The translations under genes were made by a program, and so were the position numbers. Of a stretch of DNA of 64,000 nt, positions 13,131 to 25,018 are shown one piece after another; within the stretch, counting starts at the first letter, position 1, and every line of letters starts with the position of its first letter. A model generated the notes under the pieces. It was not told the origin of the DNA. It saw only the letters and a list, made by a program, of their open reading frames with translations, and made no database searches. Source of the DNA: Lama guanicoe (taxonomy: Eukaryota); assembly GCA_013239625.1 (NCBI GenBank), contig MU053810.1, positions 815,320 through 879,319 of the forward strand, written 5' to 3'.

Positions 13131-13522
13131 CAATATACGTGTAACATCAGACCAAACAAAACAGAATTAATGGTATAATTTTGTGACCCTGCTAAATATG
13201 TTTTCAAAAAATCTTATTTCTCCATTAAAATGGACTCTTCAGAATCACAGTCAACTGTGGAGAAACAGAGCTTAGCAGAAAACAGAGACTACTGAGAAAT
13301 ATTAGCTGCTGAATGGAATAGTCAGTTCTGACAGATTTTCTTTCCTCGGCGATTAATTTACCACCTTTCCTAAGCAGAAATCCTGCTTTTTCTTGTTCTC
13401 AGAGTAGGAAAGAAGAAGAAAAAACCCAAACCCAACCCAAAACATCCCACCTCACCCCAAACAGAAATAACCCATATTACTCACCAACTCCAGGCATGAA
13501 AGAAGAGATTGCCATCAGGGTA

Positions 13523-13530
13523 TGACGTCA
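13523..13530. promoter_or_regulatory. Full palindromic CRE (TGACGTCA)
   Basis: Exact CREB/ATF consensus inside the 10-bp palindrome ATGACGTCAT in unique sequence. Motif match only; function unproven. Confidence 0.3.
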
Positions 13531-13687
13531 TTATATTCTGCATTAATTGGAGCAAAGGAGCAGAGACGAGGTGAGGTTTTGGAAAGAATGCTCAAAGAAT
13601 GACACCCTTCCTCCTTGATTGTTTCGAGCAGCCTTGAAGTTAAATACTAAAAATATGCCAGCTATGAATTGGTTGACCAGCTCACTG

Positions 13688-14059
13688 GCTATGGACTGAA
13701 CTGTCACCTCCAAATCGAGATGTGGAAGTCCCAGCCCCTCATGGGACTGCACTGGAGAGGAAGACAATTCAAGGCGGTGATTGGGGTTAAATGAGGTCAT
13801 GAGGGTGGAGCCCTGATCTGATAGATCCGGTTTCCTTACGAGAAGAGGAAGAGACACCAGAGGTCTCTCTCTGCTGTGTGAGGACACGGTGAGAAGGCAG
13901 CTGTCTGGAAGTCAGGAAGAGGGCCCTCACCAGCACTGGGCCTTGCCAGGACCTGGATCTTGGACTTCCAGCCTCCAGAACTGTAAGAACATAGGTTTCT
14001 GTTGTTAAGCCCCCTCAACCAGTGATACTTTGTTACGGGAGCCCGAACAGACTAAGACA
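13688..14059 (+). mobile_element. MaLR solo LTR (MLT1A0-like)
   Basis: Motifs 'gctatggactgaa', 'ttaaatgaggtcatgagggtggagccctgatc' and 'ggatcttggacttccagcctccagaactgt'; ends gactaagaca. Confidence 0.9.
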
Positions 14060-14464
14060 TCACCTCTAGTTGGTAGAGAAACGGGGCAGTAAAACTAGTG
14101 AAGGACTGTGACTCCCCCATCCCCAGTGTTGGAAAAGTGTCTAATGAGATCATGGTGCCTCAAGGATTTAGTGTCAAATTCTAAAAAATCCTGTTTTTCA
14201 TCATTTGGAACTAATGTAGTGTTTAAACCGAAAGTTTAGTCATATTTAAAAATATTATTTTTTCATTTGCAGCAGACCATTTGAAATGTTTGTTGAGTGA
14301 GGATGTCAGTGTACGAAAATGACCTGACCGATCCCATAATTGATAAGACCTGTGCTTTTTACAGTTTCTCCCCTATTCCTGGGGTCAGCTCTCTGTTTGA
14401 CCAAGACTGGACCTGCATCAAGTAGGTGGGTATCAGCTACACTCTCACCAAAAACAGAGCATTT

Positions 14465-14655
14465 CAGGGCTACCAGATGACTTTGGTGCGGTGGGCCCAG
14501 GCACTTTTGCCTTGATGGGCCCTGTCCTCCAGAAAAAATTTAAAATTCTATTTTATGACAACGTTTTTCTGACTTTAAAAGAAGTAAACATGAAGACATT
14601 TTCGTGAGCCCATAGAAGTATCATGAGCCCTGACAGAGGTTCGTTCTCTGTGCCT
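14465..14655 (-). mobile_element. ORSL-like hAT-Tip100 element
   Basis: cagggc terminus and repeated 'gggccc...ggcacttttgcctt...gggccc' and 'acattttcgtgagccc...aagtatcatgagccct' match the recalled ORSL consensus. Confidence 0.65.
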
Positions 14656-14814
14656 GGAGCCTGAGTCCTGCTCCCATCACTTATCTGTGAGATCTGGGGG
14701 CAATCCCTTGATATCCTTGTCTATAAAAATGAGATGAATGGAAGTAAAACAATATGGAGAAAAATATTCCTTGGTAGCAAGAAACTTGTTTGAAGGGGGG
14801 ATTTTTAAAAAAAA

Positions 14815-15240
14815 ATTGAATTATAGTCAGTTACAATGTGTCAATTTCTGGTGTACAGCACAATATCCCAGTCATGTGTGTGTATATATATATAAATATT
14901 CATTTTTAAAACATTTTTAAATTGAGTTACAGTCAGTTTACAATGTTGGGTCAATTTCCAGTGGAGAGCACAATTTTTCAGTTATACATGAACATACATA
15001 TATTCATTGTCACATTTTTTTTTGCTGTGAGCTACCACAAGATAAATATTCATTTTCATTAAAGGTTATTACAAGATATTGAATGTAGTTCCCTGTGCTA
15101 TTCAGAAGGAATTTGTTTTTTTAAATCTGTTTTTATATACAGTGGCTAACGTTTGCAACTCTCAAACTCCCAAATTGATCCCTTCCCACCTCCTTTCACC
15201 TGGTAACCATAAGCTTGTTTACCAGGTCTGTGAATCTGTT
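14815..15240 (-). mobile_element. L1 3' end containing a nested younger L1 3' fragment (14907-15041)
   Basis: Two L1 3'-UTR starts. The inner piece is flanked by a perfect 15-bp TSD ataaatattcatttt (14892-14906, 15042-15056). Confidence 0.9.
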
Positions 15241-15745
15241 AAGAGGGCACGCTTTGGTAAGGGTCTTGGGATGGGGTGTGCTGGAGGAATGACACTGTCT
15301 TGTGAGGGGTGCTGGGTGAGCTGGAGCTGAAGACAGAAGTTTGCCCCTCCCCTGTCAGGCCCGGTAAAGGAATCTGGGGGGTCAAGGGCAAACAGGGGGA
15401 GGTCAAGGGTGGACATGTCAATGGGAGAGCCTTATGAAGAGGCTTGTCTTCATCTCCTAGGACATCTTCAGTAATATTTCCATTTTTCTTTAAAGGCTTC
15501 TGAGAGTTGACTCTCTTTGCGGAAGGTGGAGGGCGCTGAGCTCTGAGCAGGAGCTGAGTGTAGAACAGGAGCAGCCACCTGCCAAGTTTCGTGGGAAGCT
15601 CTTAGCCCAGGGCCTGGAAGCGCCCAACAAGCCCTGCCCTTTAATATTAACACCCAAGGCAGGCTTGAAATGCCCTTCTGACCTCATTTACACCATGAAT
15701 GCCACGTTTAACTAGAAACTGACTGGCCCAGATAATCATCAGGGG

Positions 15746-16172
15746 CAATGGTTCTCAACTCGGGGGGAGGGTGGGATCTTGTCCCTCTCCCCAGGGGACA
15801 TTTGACAATATCTGTTTAGAGAAGACTTTCCAGTATTTCTTTTAGGATAGATTTAGTGTTGCTGAGTTCTTCCAGCTTTTGCTTGTCTGAGAAATCCTCC
15901 CTCTCGCCTATTCTACACGGTAGTCTTGCTGGGTAGATACCCGAGGCTGCAGGCTTTCCTGCTTCAGGACCTTTGAACGCGTCTGGCGTTTGGCAATGTC
16001 CGGAGACCATGTCGGTTGTCACAGCGGGTGGGGGAGATTGCTCTGTGCCCCTAGTAGGTAGAAACCAGGGGTGGTTCTGCACAGTCTGCAATGGATGCAG
16101 TACCCAGGACAGCCCCACCACAAAGGATTATCTGGCCCCATGTGTCCTCAGTGTCGAGTATGAGGAACCCTG
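15746..16172 (+). mobile_element. MER20 DNA transposon interrupted by an L1 ORF1 fragment
   Basis: Termini caatggttctcaac and tgaggaaccctg. The MER20 motif 'ggggacatttggcaatgtctggagac' is split at 15814/15989. Confidence 0.85.
15815..15988 (-). mobile_element. L1 ORF1 C-terminal fragment
   Basis: Translates IYPARL...FSDKQKLEELSNTKSILKEILESLL*, the conserved ORF1p C-terminus. Confidence 0.85.
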
Positions 16173-18289
16173 ATATGAAGTCTTTCCTCTGACAACCAGC
16201 CAGGAACAACAATCAGGGAACAATCTTTATAGCACACTGTAAGCTTAGCTGACTCTATTATTAAATATTTTTTAAAAAGAAAACAATTTTATTTATGAGC
16301 TCCTTCTTCTTCACTGCCTCAGCTGAACTGACATCTAACTCACTTTACTGATAGTGAACCTTCTAAATATATTTCTTTTATTCTCAGGACTGAAAAACCA
16401 ATGTGACTTTCCAGTTCCGGTAACCTAGCTGGTTAGGATTTCTATCGAGAGCTAAGCTTTCACTGTCCTCTGCTGGAAAAGTTTGTAACTGCTGCTTTAA
16501 GTGCAGAGAACAAGGGATTCTAATTGAAGGCTTATCTTTTCCAAAGAGAAGGCCCCAGACTTTTTCTTTGAACCTGTAATTCCCTAAAAGGGCAAAGAGT
16601 GTGTTGTTTTATAGGATCAATTTCTTTCTTACATAGTACCCTAAACATTTGGACGTTACGTGATCATGAGTCAATATTCCTAGAAGCACAGAATTAATTC
16701 ATGAAATGGTATCAAAGCTTAATAACAGAAGCAACAAAAGCAGATCCCATGACCCCCTTTTTAGATTTTTGATTAATTAAAAATCATAGACCATTTGGGG
16801 AAAGTATAGAAAAGTAAAACGAAGAAGAAAAATTATGTGTAGCCCCACTTCCAGAAAAAAATGACTATTTACTTCTTGGAATATTTTCTTATGGTCTTTT
16901 TTTTTTTTAGGAAACTGAAAAGGTTGTAAAAATTGTTTCATTGTTTGGCTTTGCCCAGTTGTTCATACTACAAATAAAAATGTGTGTCCTGTTCTTTTTT
17001 CTCTAAGCACATCATAATTGTTCTCCATGTTCTCGTGGGTATGTTTTATTACTGTGAGGGGCCCAACGTGTCGCCCAGACCCGTTTCCCGGGATGAACTC
17101 GGGGAATCCCTCAGCCCCAGGGCCCACCTGAGCCAGGCTTGCCCTTCCCGGCACAGCCCACATCCAGGGACTGACGGAGGCAGAGTGGCCCAGTGGGGAA
17201 GAACCTGGCCGTCCTTCGGGCTCTGGGGCTCCCAGCGGATGAGCTGCAGCTGGGCCCTGCCTCTGCCAGATCTGCTCCCCTCATCTTCCACGGCTGCGCA
17301 TCTGAGTGCTCTTCCTGAACACACCCTGCCTACAAGATGCCCTCTCGCCATCTGCATCCCTGAGAGCAGGGGATGTGCACCGGTGCCTGTAACTTCTTAC
17401 ATTAAAAAAAATTTTTTTAGAAAGGGTCTATTGTCCATCACTTTGGTTTACAATTTCTATTTGAGTCTTTGGAAGAACAGCTTCAGACCACTCAGTGGTC
17501 CTTCCTACCCATTTGGTGGCCTGAGCAGTGGGGACTGTGGACTACGCCTTGGGGGAACGGCTGGGTGGGCACAGGGGGTGAATTGGGTGGCCCCTGCCCC
17601 CTGACATTCCTCCCTGGGCTGCCCCTTTCCATCTCCTCAGGATCTCTGTGGGAGCAGAGAGCATGTGTATAGACGGTGCCCCAGATGTGTGGAGTTCCAG
17701 GCCAGCATGCCCACCTCGGTCACGCTGAATGAGCCCCCTCATTGCTGCCTGGACTGTGGTGTCCACACGGCCAGAGGCCTCTGGGAGAGGCAAGCAGTCA
17801 GCGCTGGGATCAGGAACCATCAGAAGTCACAGCTCCTGAAAGCTCCTGCCTGGGTCTAGTTAGTGAAAGTTCCAGAAGTGAGAGGTAGGTGTGGCAGAGG
17901 CTTCTCCCACGTTCTCTTCAGATTTACGATGTAGGTGCTGTCATTGCTTCTGTCCATGTGCGTTCCATTTGGGAGTCAAGGCGGGTGCCACCTACGTGGG
18001 TTCCTGCCATGAGAAGTTTGAGGACATCCAGGGCTCCCGGCGTCGTCAAACATTCCCTTCAATTTGTGACGGGACAGACCTCTCTCTGGGCAGCAGGGGG
18101 AGCACTTTTAATTTCTCTGAATGTAGTATGATGTGTACGTGATGAGAAAGTACAAGACGGTATTCAAGACAAAAGTCAGTCTCCCTCCCCCAGCTGCACT
18201 GCCCAGCTGTTCTCACTGGAGGCAAACACCTTTGCCCACTCTGGGTGCATCTCTCCAGGGCTGGGCTGTGTGCACCCGAACACCGATAC

Positions 18290-18776
18290 TGTGGTGGTTA
18301 ATTTTATGCGTCCACTTGACCGGATCCCAGGCTGCCCAGTTAGCTAGTTAAACACTGCTCCTGGGGAGTGTGTCTGTCGAGTGTTCCCAGAAAAGACTGC
18401 AACTTAAATGGGTGAACGGAAGACAGTGGATGGTCCTCCCCAATGCCAGTGGGTCTTGTCTCGTCCACTGAGAGCCTGGTTAGGACAAAAGGGTGGAGGA
18501 GGGGAGATTTCGCCCTGTCTGCCCGACTGTGTGAGCTGGATGTGGGTCTCCTGCCCGCAGCACTCCTGGTTCTCAGGTCCTTGAACTACACCACTGACGC
18601 ACCTGGGTCTCCAGCTTGCAGACGGCAAGTCACAGGACTTCTCAGCCCCCCATAATTATGAGAGCCAATCCCTTGTGACAAGTCTCTTTCTAGAGATCTC
18701 TGTCTATTTATCTTTCCATCCATCCATCCATCTATTCTATTCTCTTGGTTCTGGTTCTCTAAAGAGCCCTAATACA
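18290..18776 (+). mobile_element. ERVL solo LTR (MLT2D/MLT2B-like)
   Basis: Starts tgtggtggttaattttatgcgtccacttgac and ends ccctaataca, with a perfect 5-bp TSD GATAC (18285-18289, 18777-18781). Confidence 0.92.
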
Positions 18777-18799
18777 GATACAAATCAGTTTAAAAAAAA

Positions 18800-19010
18800 A
18801 CCTTTTGATTCGGAAACAATACTAGATTTACAGAAGAGTTGTTCCTTGATCTCCTTCCTCTAACGTTGCCACCAGACACCACCGCATTCACCACAACTAA
18901 GAACTTAACGCTGGTGCATTTCTATTAACCGAACTACAGGTGTGATTCAGATCTCCCCAGTTCTCCACTCCGGCCATTTTTCTGGTTGACACAGGACCCC
19001 GCTCTGCCTA
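18800..19010 (-). mobile_element. Old L1MC-type 3' UTR fragment
   Basis: Motifs 'tagatttacagaagagttg' and 'ctattaaccgaactacag...attcagatctccccagtt'. Confidence 0.55.
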
Positions 19011-19534
19011 GAGCAATCACTTTGTGGCTGCGCGATGTTCTTTCCAGCAGATGTCCTGAAATCACCACACTTGGGTTGAACTCCAAGCAATTCTGTTTTT
19101 TTTAAAAAAATTGCTTATAGAAATAACACCCTGGTTCACAATTTTTCATAAAGTGTGTTTTCAATTTCTGAGTCTTTCCCGAGGGTGCAAAGTATGGGGA
19201 TTTTTTAAACATCTGGATTTGTGTTACCGAAGTTCGCTCCTACAGAGTGTGTGCTCACCCCAAGCACATCCCTGCATCCCTTCCACTGACTCAGTCAGCA
19301 GTGATGGCCTTTGATTCAGCCTAAACAGATACGTGCTGTTCCCTCTGCCCTCCTGCTAGCCTCCCAGGACAGCCTTCCTCAACATCATCCATGTTCCATG
19401 GGTCTGTGAGTTTCAGCTGGTGCTTGGACACGTCCCTCCCGCCACCTTCATTCTCCTCTGGCTGGTCACTCTCCAGGCCTCCTGTCTGGCTGCCACCCCG
19501 GAACTTCCTTTGCCCCTCCCCTGGGTTGGCATCT

Positions 19535-19660
19535 CAGCCTTGGTTTCCCCCAGAAGGCAGAGCCTGAGCCCCAGGTCTTCATGGAGGGAGTTATTTTGGA
19601 AAGTGATCCGTGGGAGCAACTTGGAGAGAGACACCCAAAGGGCTGTTGTGAGATAAGAGA
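19535..19660 (-). mobile_element. LTR16-like ERVL LTR fragment
   Basis: 'ggtttcccccagaaggcagagcctgag...ttattttggaaagtgatcc' resembles the reverse of the LTR16 3' end. Confidence 0.5.
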
Positions 19661-21244
19661 AAAATGTATACGTCAGTCTCTGCTCCCAGGGTCCTGGCAC
19701 AGGGCTCCTAAGAGCCTGGTCATTTCCTGAGCAATTAGAGGACCAGGAGTGTCTTTTGTCCTAATATTTGCTCCTTGACCCTCGTTCCCAGCACAGGGCT
19801 CCCACATCCCTTGGGATTTTCTGGGAGAGAGCAGTTTCTTCTATTCTGATGAGGGGACACGGATTCACTTCAGAATAGTCTGGAGTAGGGCGGGGTGGGA
19901 GGAGTGGGGACGGGCAGATGACGCAAGATTGGCCGTGATGATGGGTGAATTCTCCACTGATGATAGTTAAAGCTGGACCAGGGGCACGTGGGGGTTTACT
20001 ATATCTTCTCTCGATTTTCCCCTGTTTGAAATTGCTTATAATAAACAAAACAAAACAGAACAAAAACCAAACTTTCTTGGGAAAATAGCCGTTCCAGGCT
20101 GGATTCCTGTATCTGGCGGTAGGAAGGTCGGCATCGGTGCTGATGCGTGGCGGGAGCCTCGGACGTCTCTGAGGGCCTTCCTAAGGCATCGCTGTGTTAA
20201 TTAGTGCATTTCAGGGGGGAGCTAAACAGTCCATTAAGGAAACTGGACACCTTCCTCCAAGTCAGACTTCCTGCTGGTCAGACTTTCTCAAGGCAGACTT
20301 GTCATTCATGGTGAGAATCTGTCATCTCTAAGAAGTAAGTCCGGGTAATTATTTCACCAACAAGTTATCCATTATTCATTTTTTAAAGAAACAGAGACTA
20401 TCAAACCTGAAATATGTCTTTAAAGGAATGGGGAGGCACCAAGCCAGAAGATGCGCCGTTAACTCAAGGCTGGTCGTTCATCTGAATTCTGTGTGCGAGC
20501 CCCGGGGCAGCTGTCAGCGCAGGAGTGTTTAAGTGGGATTATCTGAGCTCTTTGCTGCTGCCAAGACGGATGGTTTCTAAGTGGAACCTCTTCTCCTCAC
20601 AGTGACCAGGAATGATACTGAGTAAAATAACGGTCACAAAGAACATCACCAGGCCCCTAATGAGAAGCTGTTGACAGAAAAATTGCTCTAACATTCATCA
20701 AAAAGCCAGTGAATGTCAAAGAAGGAACCAGAGATGTAGCAGCTCATAAACTCCTTCTCCATGGGCCTCCAGAGGGGAGTCTGGGGACAACACATGGCTT
20801 CTCCTTTTTCCTGAACGCTGCTGAGTAAACTTCCAGAAAGCTTGGAACGTTTATGGGGCATCTCACTCTGACAGTCACCAGGGAGGGTGCCCCAGCTTTC
20901 AGTCAGAGCATCCTGTTTTGGGTACCAGTACTGGCTAGGTCAGTATCTTTTTCGTCATTTAGACCTTGTCTGTGTGATGTGACAATCTATAAGGTAACTG
21001 GGCACTGAGATCTCGTCTGGCTTGGAAAGCCAAAGATTCCCACAGACAGTTCCATGTGCTCACGAATGGGTCGGAGTGGAATTTTCCTCTCGATTTCTGT
21101 CATATTTGTTGCCTGTGGGGTTCATTTAGCAACCAGTCCTGTGGCCTCACTGTAACACATCTTCCTTTGCTCAACTTTGTTTCCACTTTTTGTGTGTGTG
21201 AGGGGAGGGCATGTTCCCTGAGTGGCTGATGCAAATCTGCCCCT

Positions 21245-21450
21245 TGACTTAGTTTGGGTTCCCCAAAGGCAGACCCCCAATCAAGGACTCGTGGGAAGGT
21301 GGTTTATTGGGAAAGTCACCCCAGGAGGCACAGTCGAGGGCCAGGGGCCAGGTGAGGTGGGAGGAGGAAAACAGATGGAGTTTGTGCTGACGAGCAGGTC
21401 GGTGCTGCGGGTGGTGGGCTTGGCTCTGCTGGGCCCCGGAGGGTCGGACT
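21245..21450 (-). mobile_element. LTR16-like ERVL LTR fragment
   Basis: 'cttagtttgggttccccaaaggcagacccc...caaggactc...ggtttattgggaaagtcaccccaggaggcac'. Confidence 0.55.
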
Positions 21451-21976
21451 GGTCTTATACTTAAGAAAACCCACCCTACGGTGCCCAGCACAGTGCTTTG
21501 CAGTTAAGTAGGCACTTAATAAACGCATGTATGGATCTTTAAAAATCCTTTCGACTTTTTTTTTAAACTCAGAAAAAAATCCATGCAACTAAAATAAAGG
21601 AAGTTGAATCTGATTCCCTGGGAACATGGTAACTTGTGAGGGAGGGGTCACCACTGGAAGCCCAGCGGGAGGAGGGTGTGAGGGGTCCCTGTGGGGTGTG
21701 GGCCGGGGGTGCGAGGCACAGTGAGTGACCCTGGCAACTGTCCATCCCCCTTAGGGACGGGGAGGGGCTGCTGATGTGGAACTAAGGGCTTAGATACTTA
21801 GACACATTGTTTAGCCTGCCCCACCCCCTCCCCCCGTACCCTTGCCCTGGCCAGACCACCGCGGGGGCTGGGGCCCTTCTGCACTTACTGCCTCACTACC
21901 GTGCAGTTTCAGATTTGTCCCTGGGTTGTTGTTTGTTTGAAAGGGTTTGGGCTTGTTGAGCCAAAGGGCAGAGCTC

Positions 21977-22204
21977 TGTGGGCTTGGGGAGATGATGTGG
22001 GCTCGGGGAGATGTGGGCTTCAAGAGATATGGGCTTGGAGAGATGACACCAGCTTGGAGAGATGATGCCAGCTCAGGGAGATGATGTCGGCTTGGGGAGA
22101 AGTGGGCTTCAGGACATGATGTAGGCTTGGGCAGATGATGTGGGCTTCAGACATGTGGGCTTGGGGAGGGTGATGAGGGCTTGCGGAGATGATGCAGGCT
22201 CAGG
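21977..22204 (-). repeat. Short array (about 12-13 units) of the 19/16-bp repeat, G-rich on + (TGGGCTTGGGGAGATGATG)
   Basis: Tandem degenerate units seen directly; reverse complement of the repeat at 53395-55517. Confidence 0.95.
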
Positions 22205-22836
22205 TGGAAATGAAATCTTTACAGACATAGCAGAGAGAATGTTTCTGTGGGCTTCTTGAGGGTAGGAGATCTAATTCATCTTTGCATTCCCTGAGCCAAG
22301 GACAGAACATGTCCTAAAAAAAAATTAATTCTAATTGTTCTGAATAGCTTTTTGGGGGAGCATTTATGATTATAATCTACCTAAGAAATATTTTTGGAAA
22401 TAATCTGTGATACTTCAAGAGCAATTTGTAACATTTAGAGATAACCAAACCCCTTCTAATCTTCTCTTTGTGGATAAAAGCACATTTATGTAATATATAT
22501 GTTTATTTATATGTTCTATATATTACACACCATTTATGTCTCATATATATCATATATATTAGTATTGGCAAAAATTCATTCATCGATGAAGAGACTGAAG
22601 CTTGTAACATCTAATGAGTATTGAACCTGTACCTCAGAGTTTGTGTTTCTTACTCTTTTACGACACCATGCTGGGGTTAAGTTTGAAATGCCAGACCTGT
22701 GACTAAATAAGCTTTAATTCCTAAATGCTAAAAAGCGGCATGTAGGGTGTAGAGTATATTGCTAACAGAAATAGAATTTTGTTTAAAAGGCAGCAGTGTA
22801 TAATTTAGACTGAATGTTAACAAGGTAAATAAAAAA

Positions 22837-23392
22837 TGTATTGTTGCAGCACTATTCACAGTAGCCAACATGTCTGTTGACAGATGAGTGGATAAAGGAA
22901 ATGTGGTATACGCAATGGAATATTATTCAGTCTTAAAAAGCAAGGGAATCCTGCCATTTACAACAGTTTGGATGAACCTGGCAGATATTATGCTAAGTGA
23001 AATAAGTGAGACACAGGAAGACAAATACTATCCAATCTCACAGGTGGAATCTAAAAAAGTCAAACCCACGGTAATAGAGTATAATCATGCTTCCCAGAGG
23101 CTGAGGGAAGGAGGAAGTAGGGAGATCTTGGTCAAAAGATGAATAAGTTCTGGAGCCTTAATGTATAGCTTGGTGACTATGATTAATAATGATGTATTAT
23201 TTCCTTGAAATTTGCTAAGAGAGTAGATCTCAAGTGTTTTTGCCAAACACACAAAAAGGTAACTGTGTGAGATGATAGATGTGTTAATTGGCTTGATTGT
23301 GGTTATCATTTCTCATGCATACCAAATCACCATGTTGTACACGTTAAATATATACAATTTACATTTGTCAATCTTAGTGAAGCTGGGAAAAA
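22837..23392 (+). mobile_element. Old L1 3' end (L1MA9-like)
   Basis: Motifs 'gcagcactattcacagtagccaa', 'atgctaagtgaaataag' and 'gaaatttgctaagagagtagatct'. Confidence 0.85.
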
Positions 23393-24634
23393 CTGTCTTT
23401 AAGAAATTTATTTTACTGTGAATTTTATCTTGTGAATAATTTTCCCTCCCCAGTTTTCTGCATATCATTTATAATATTAAAATTGAATTTAAATATAAAA
23501 TAATTACTTTTGAAAAAGTAACAGCCTTTAGATGTGAGTTTTGATATTATTTTTTCCATGAGTATCTCAAGTGTTTTTCAATTATAAGTTACTAATAATG
23601 CGTCCTTTTAAATGTTAATGCAACAGTTCATAAAGTTCAAGGTTTTGTTGAGGAAAGAGGGAATATACAATTGATACATGAAAGGGACAAAGAGAAAAAT
23701 GTAAAAATATTGATATTATTTTATTTGTAAAATAGGGTGGTGGCTATATTGTGCCTGTTTTAGCGTTTATCTTTTTACTGTATATGTAGTGTATTTGTAT
23801 GTATTAAATATTTAATTATAAAAAAATTCTGTCTTTAGGTGTGCTATTGGAACTTCCTTATACACGTTCCAAAGCTGACATGTTCAAGCAGAGACTCAAA
23901 AATAGTTAAATATCAGGAAAGTACCAGCTCCTAAACACAGTGAATTCTAATGTCTGTGTTAATATTACTGGTACCTTAAAATCCTGTTTAACAATAACTT
24001 CCCATCCTTAGCAACTATAATAAGTGTGATGATAATGAATGCTGTCACATGGGGATATTAAAAATGGAGATTTAAAGGATGTTACAACTGTACTAAAATT
24101 TTCTGTATGACAGTGTAATATGAAAAAAAAAGTTCAAATAAAGTCACCCTCGAGTTTAGCATTTGTGTCCGAAGGAGAAACAGATATAAAGAACTTGTCA
24201 GAAGAACTACAGAAGTCTGAGACATTGGTTTTGTGTGGGAAAAAATCTTCATGGCTGTGCAGAAATCTCTAGAAATGTTATACTCCAGGGTTTGAGAAGC
24301 AGAGATAAAGCAAAAAAAAAAAAAAAAAAATCAGCTTTCTTTGGGAAGAAACCTGAGCTGAAAACTGATGAAGTGAGAATAGGGCCAACATTCAGCTGCA
24401 TTTTTACCTCACATGTCCACTTGCATTCAGATTTGACCAGGTCAAGAGGTAAAATGTGTTTGTCTGTTTATGCCTGGTAGACATTGATCTCCACGACAAA
24501 CCCATGCAATGATAAAAAGGCAAGAATAATGCAAATCAGGCCATTGCCAAATGTAAATCAGGTTTTCTATTTTTCATAAGACACTGACTGACTACTGACT
24601 AGACAATTCTACTAATTATGTTACCAATTCCATG

Positions 24635-25018
24635 TATTGTCAACAACCCAGAAGTAGCAAAATTAAAACTACCAGATCAATAAAATAGCATTTATTAAAA
24701 GTTTATTGTGCATGCAAGAGCAGTTTTCTAACTGGGAGCTGTAAAATTCAGAACTGATAATGAAGTTCAACCACTTGGAGTTACAGGATGGCTTATAAAG
24801 TTAAAATGAGGAAGTCTGTTAAACTTTACAGTGATTGGTTATGACAATAGGGGTTTCCAGATGGCAGGAGAGTGGTTAAAACTGATTATTTTTAGGAAGA
24901 TGACTTGTTTCTTTTATGATTACCAGAGGCATATACAAGAAATAACCCAAGTTTCACTTATGTTCATGAAATAAACTATATTTAGTTTTGCTTTTTGTGG
25001 CTCCAGTGGTTTTGTCTG
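24635..25018 (-). mobile_element. Probable ERV1-type LTR fragment
   Basis: tttatt (polyA signal on minus), 'gcttataaag' and 'tgattggtt' in an order typical of an antisense MER31/MER67-like LTR. Family uncertain. Confidence 0.4.

Noticed and set aside
21745..21805. Interstitial telomere remnant next to the short array
   Set aside because: Only a single TTAGGG and loose look-alikes are present, with no tandem run.
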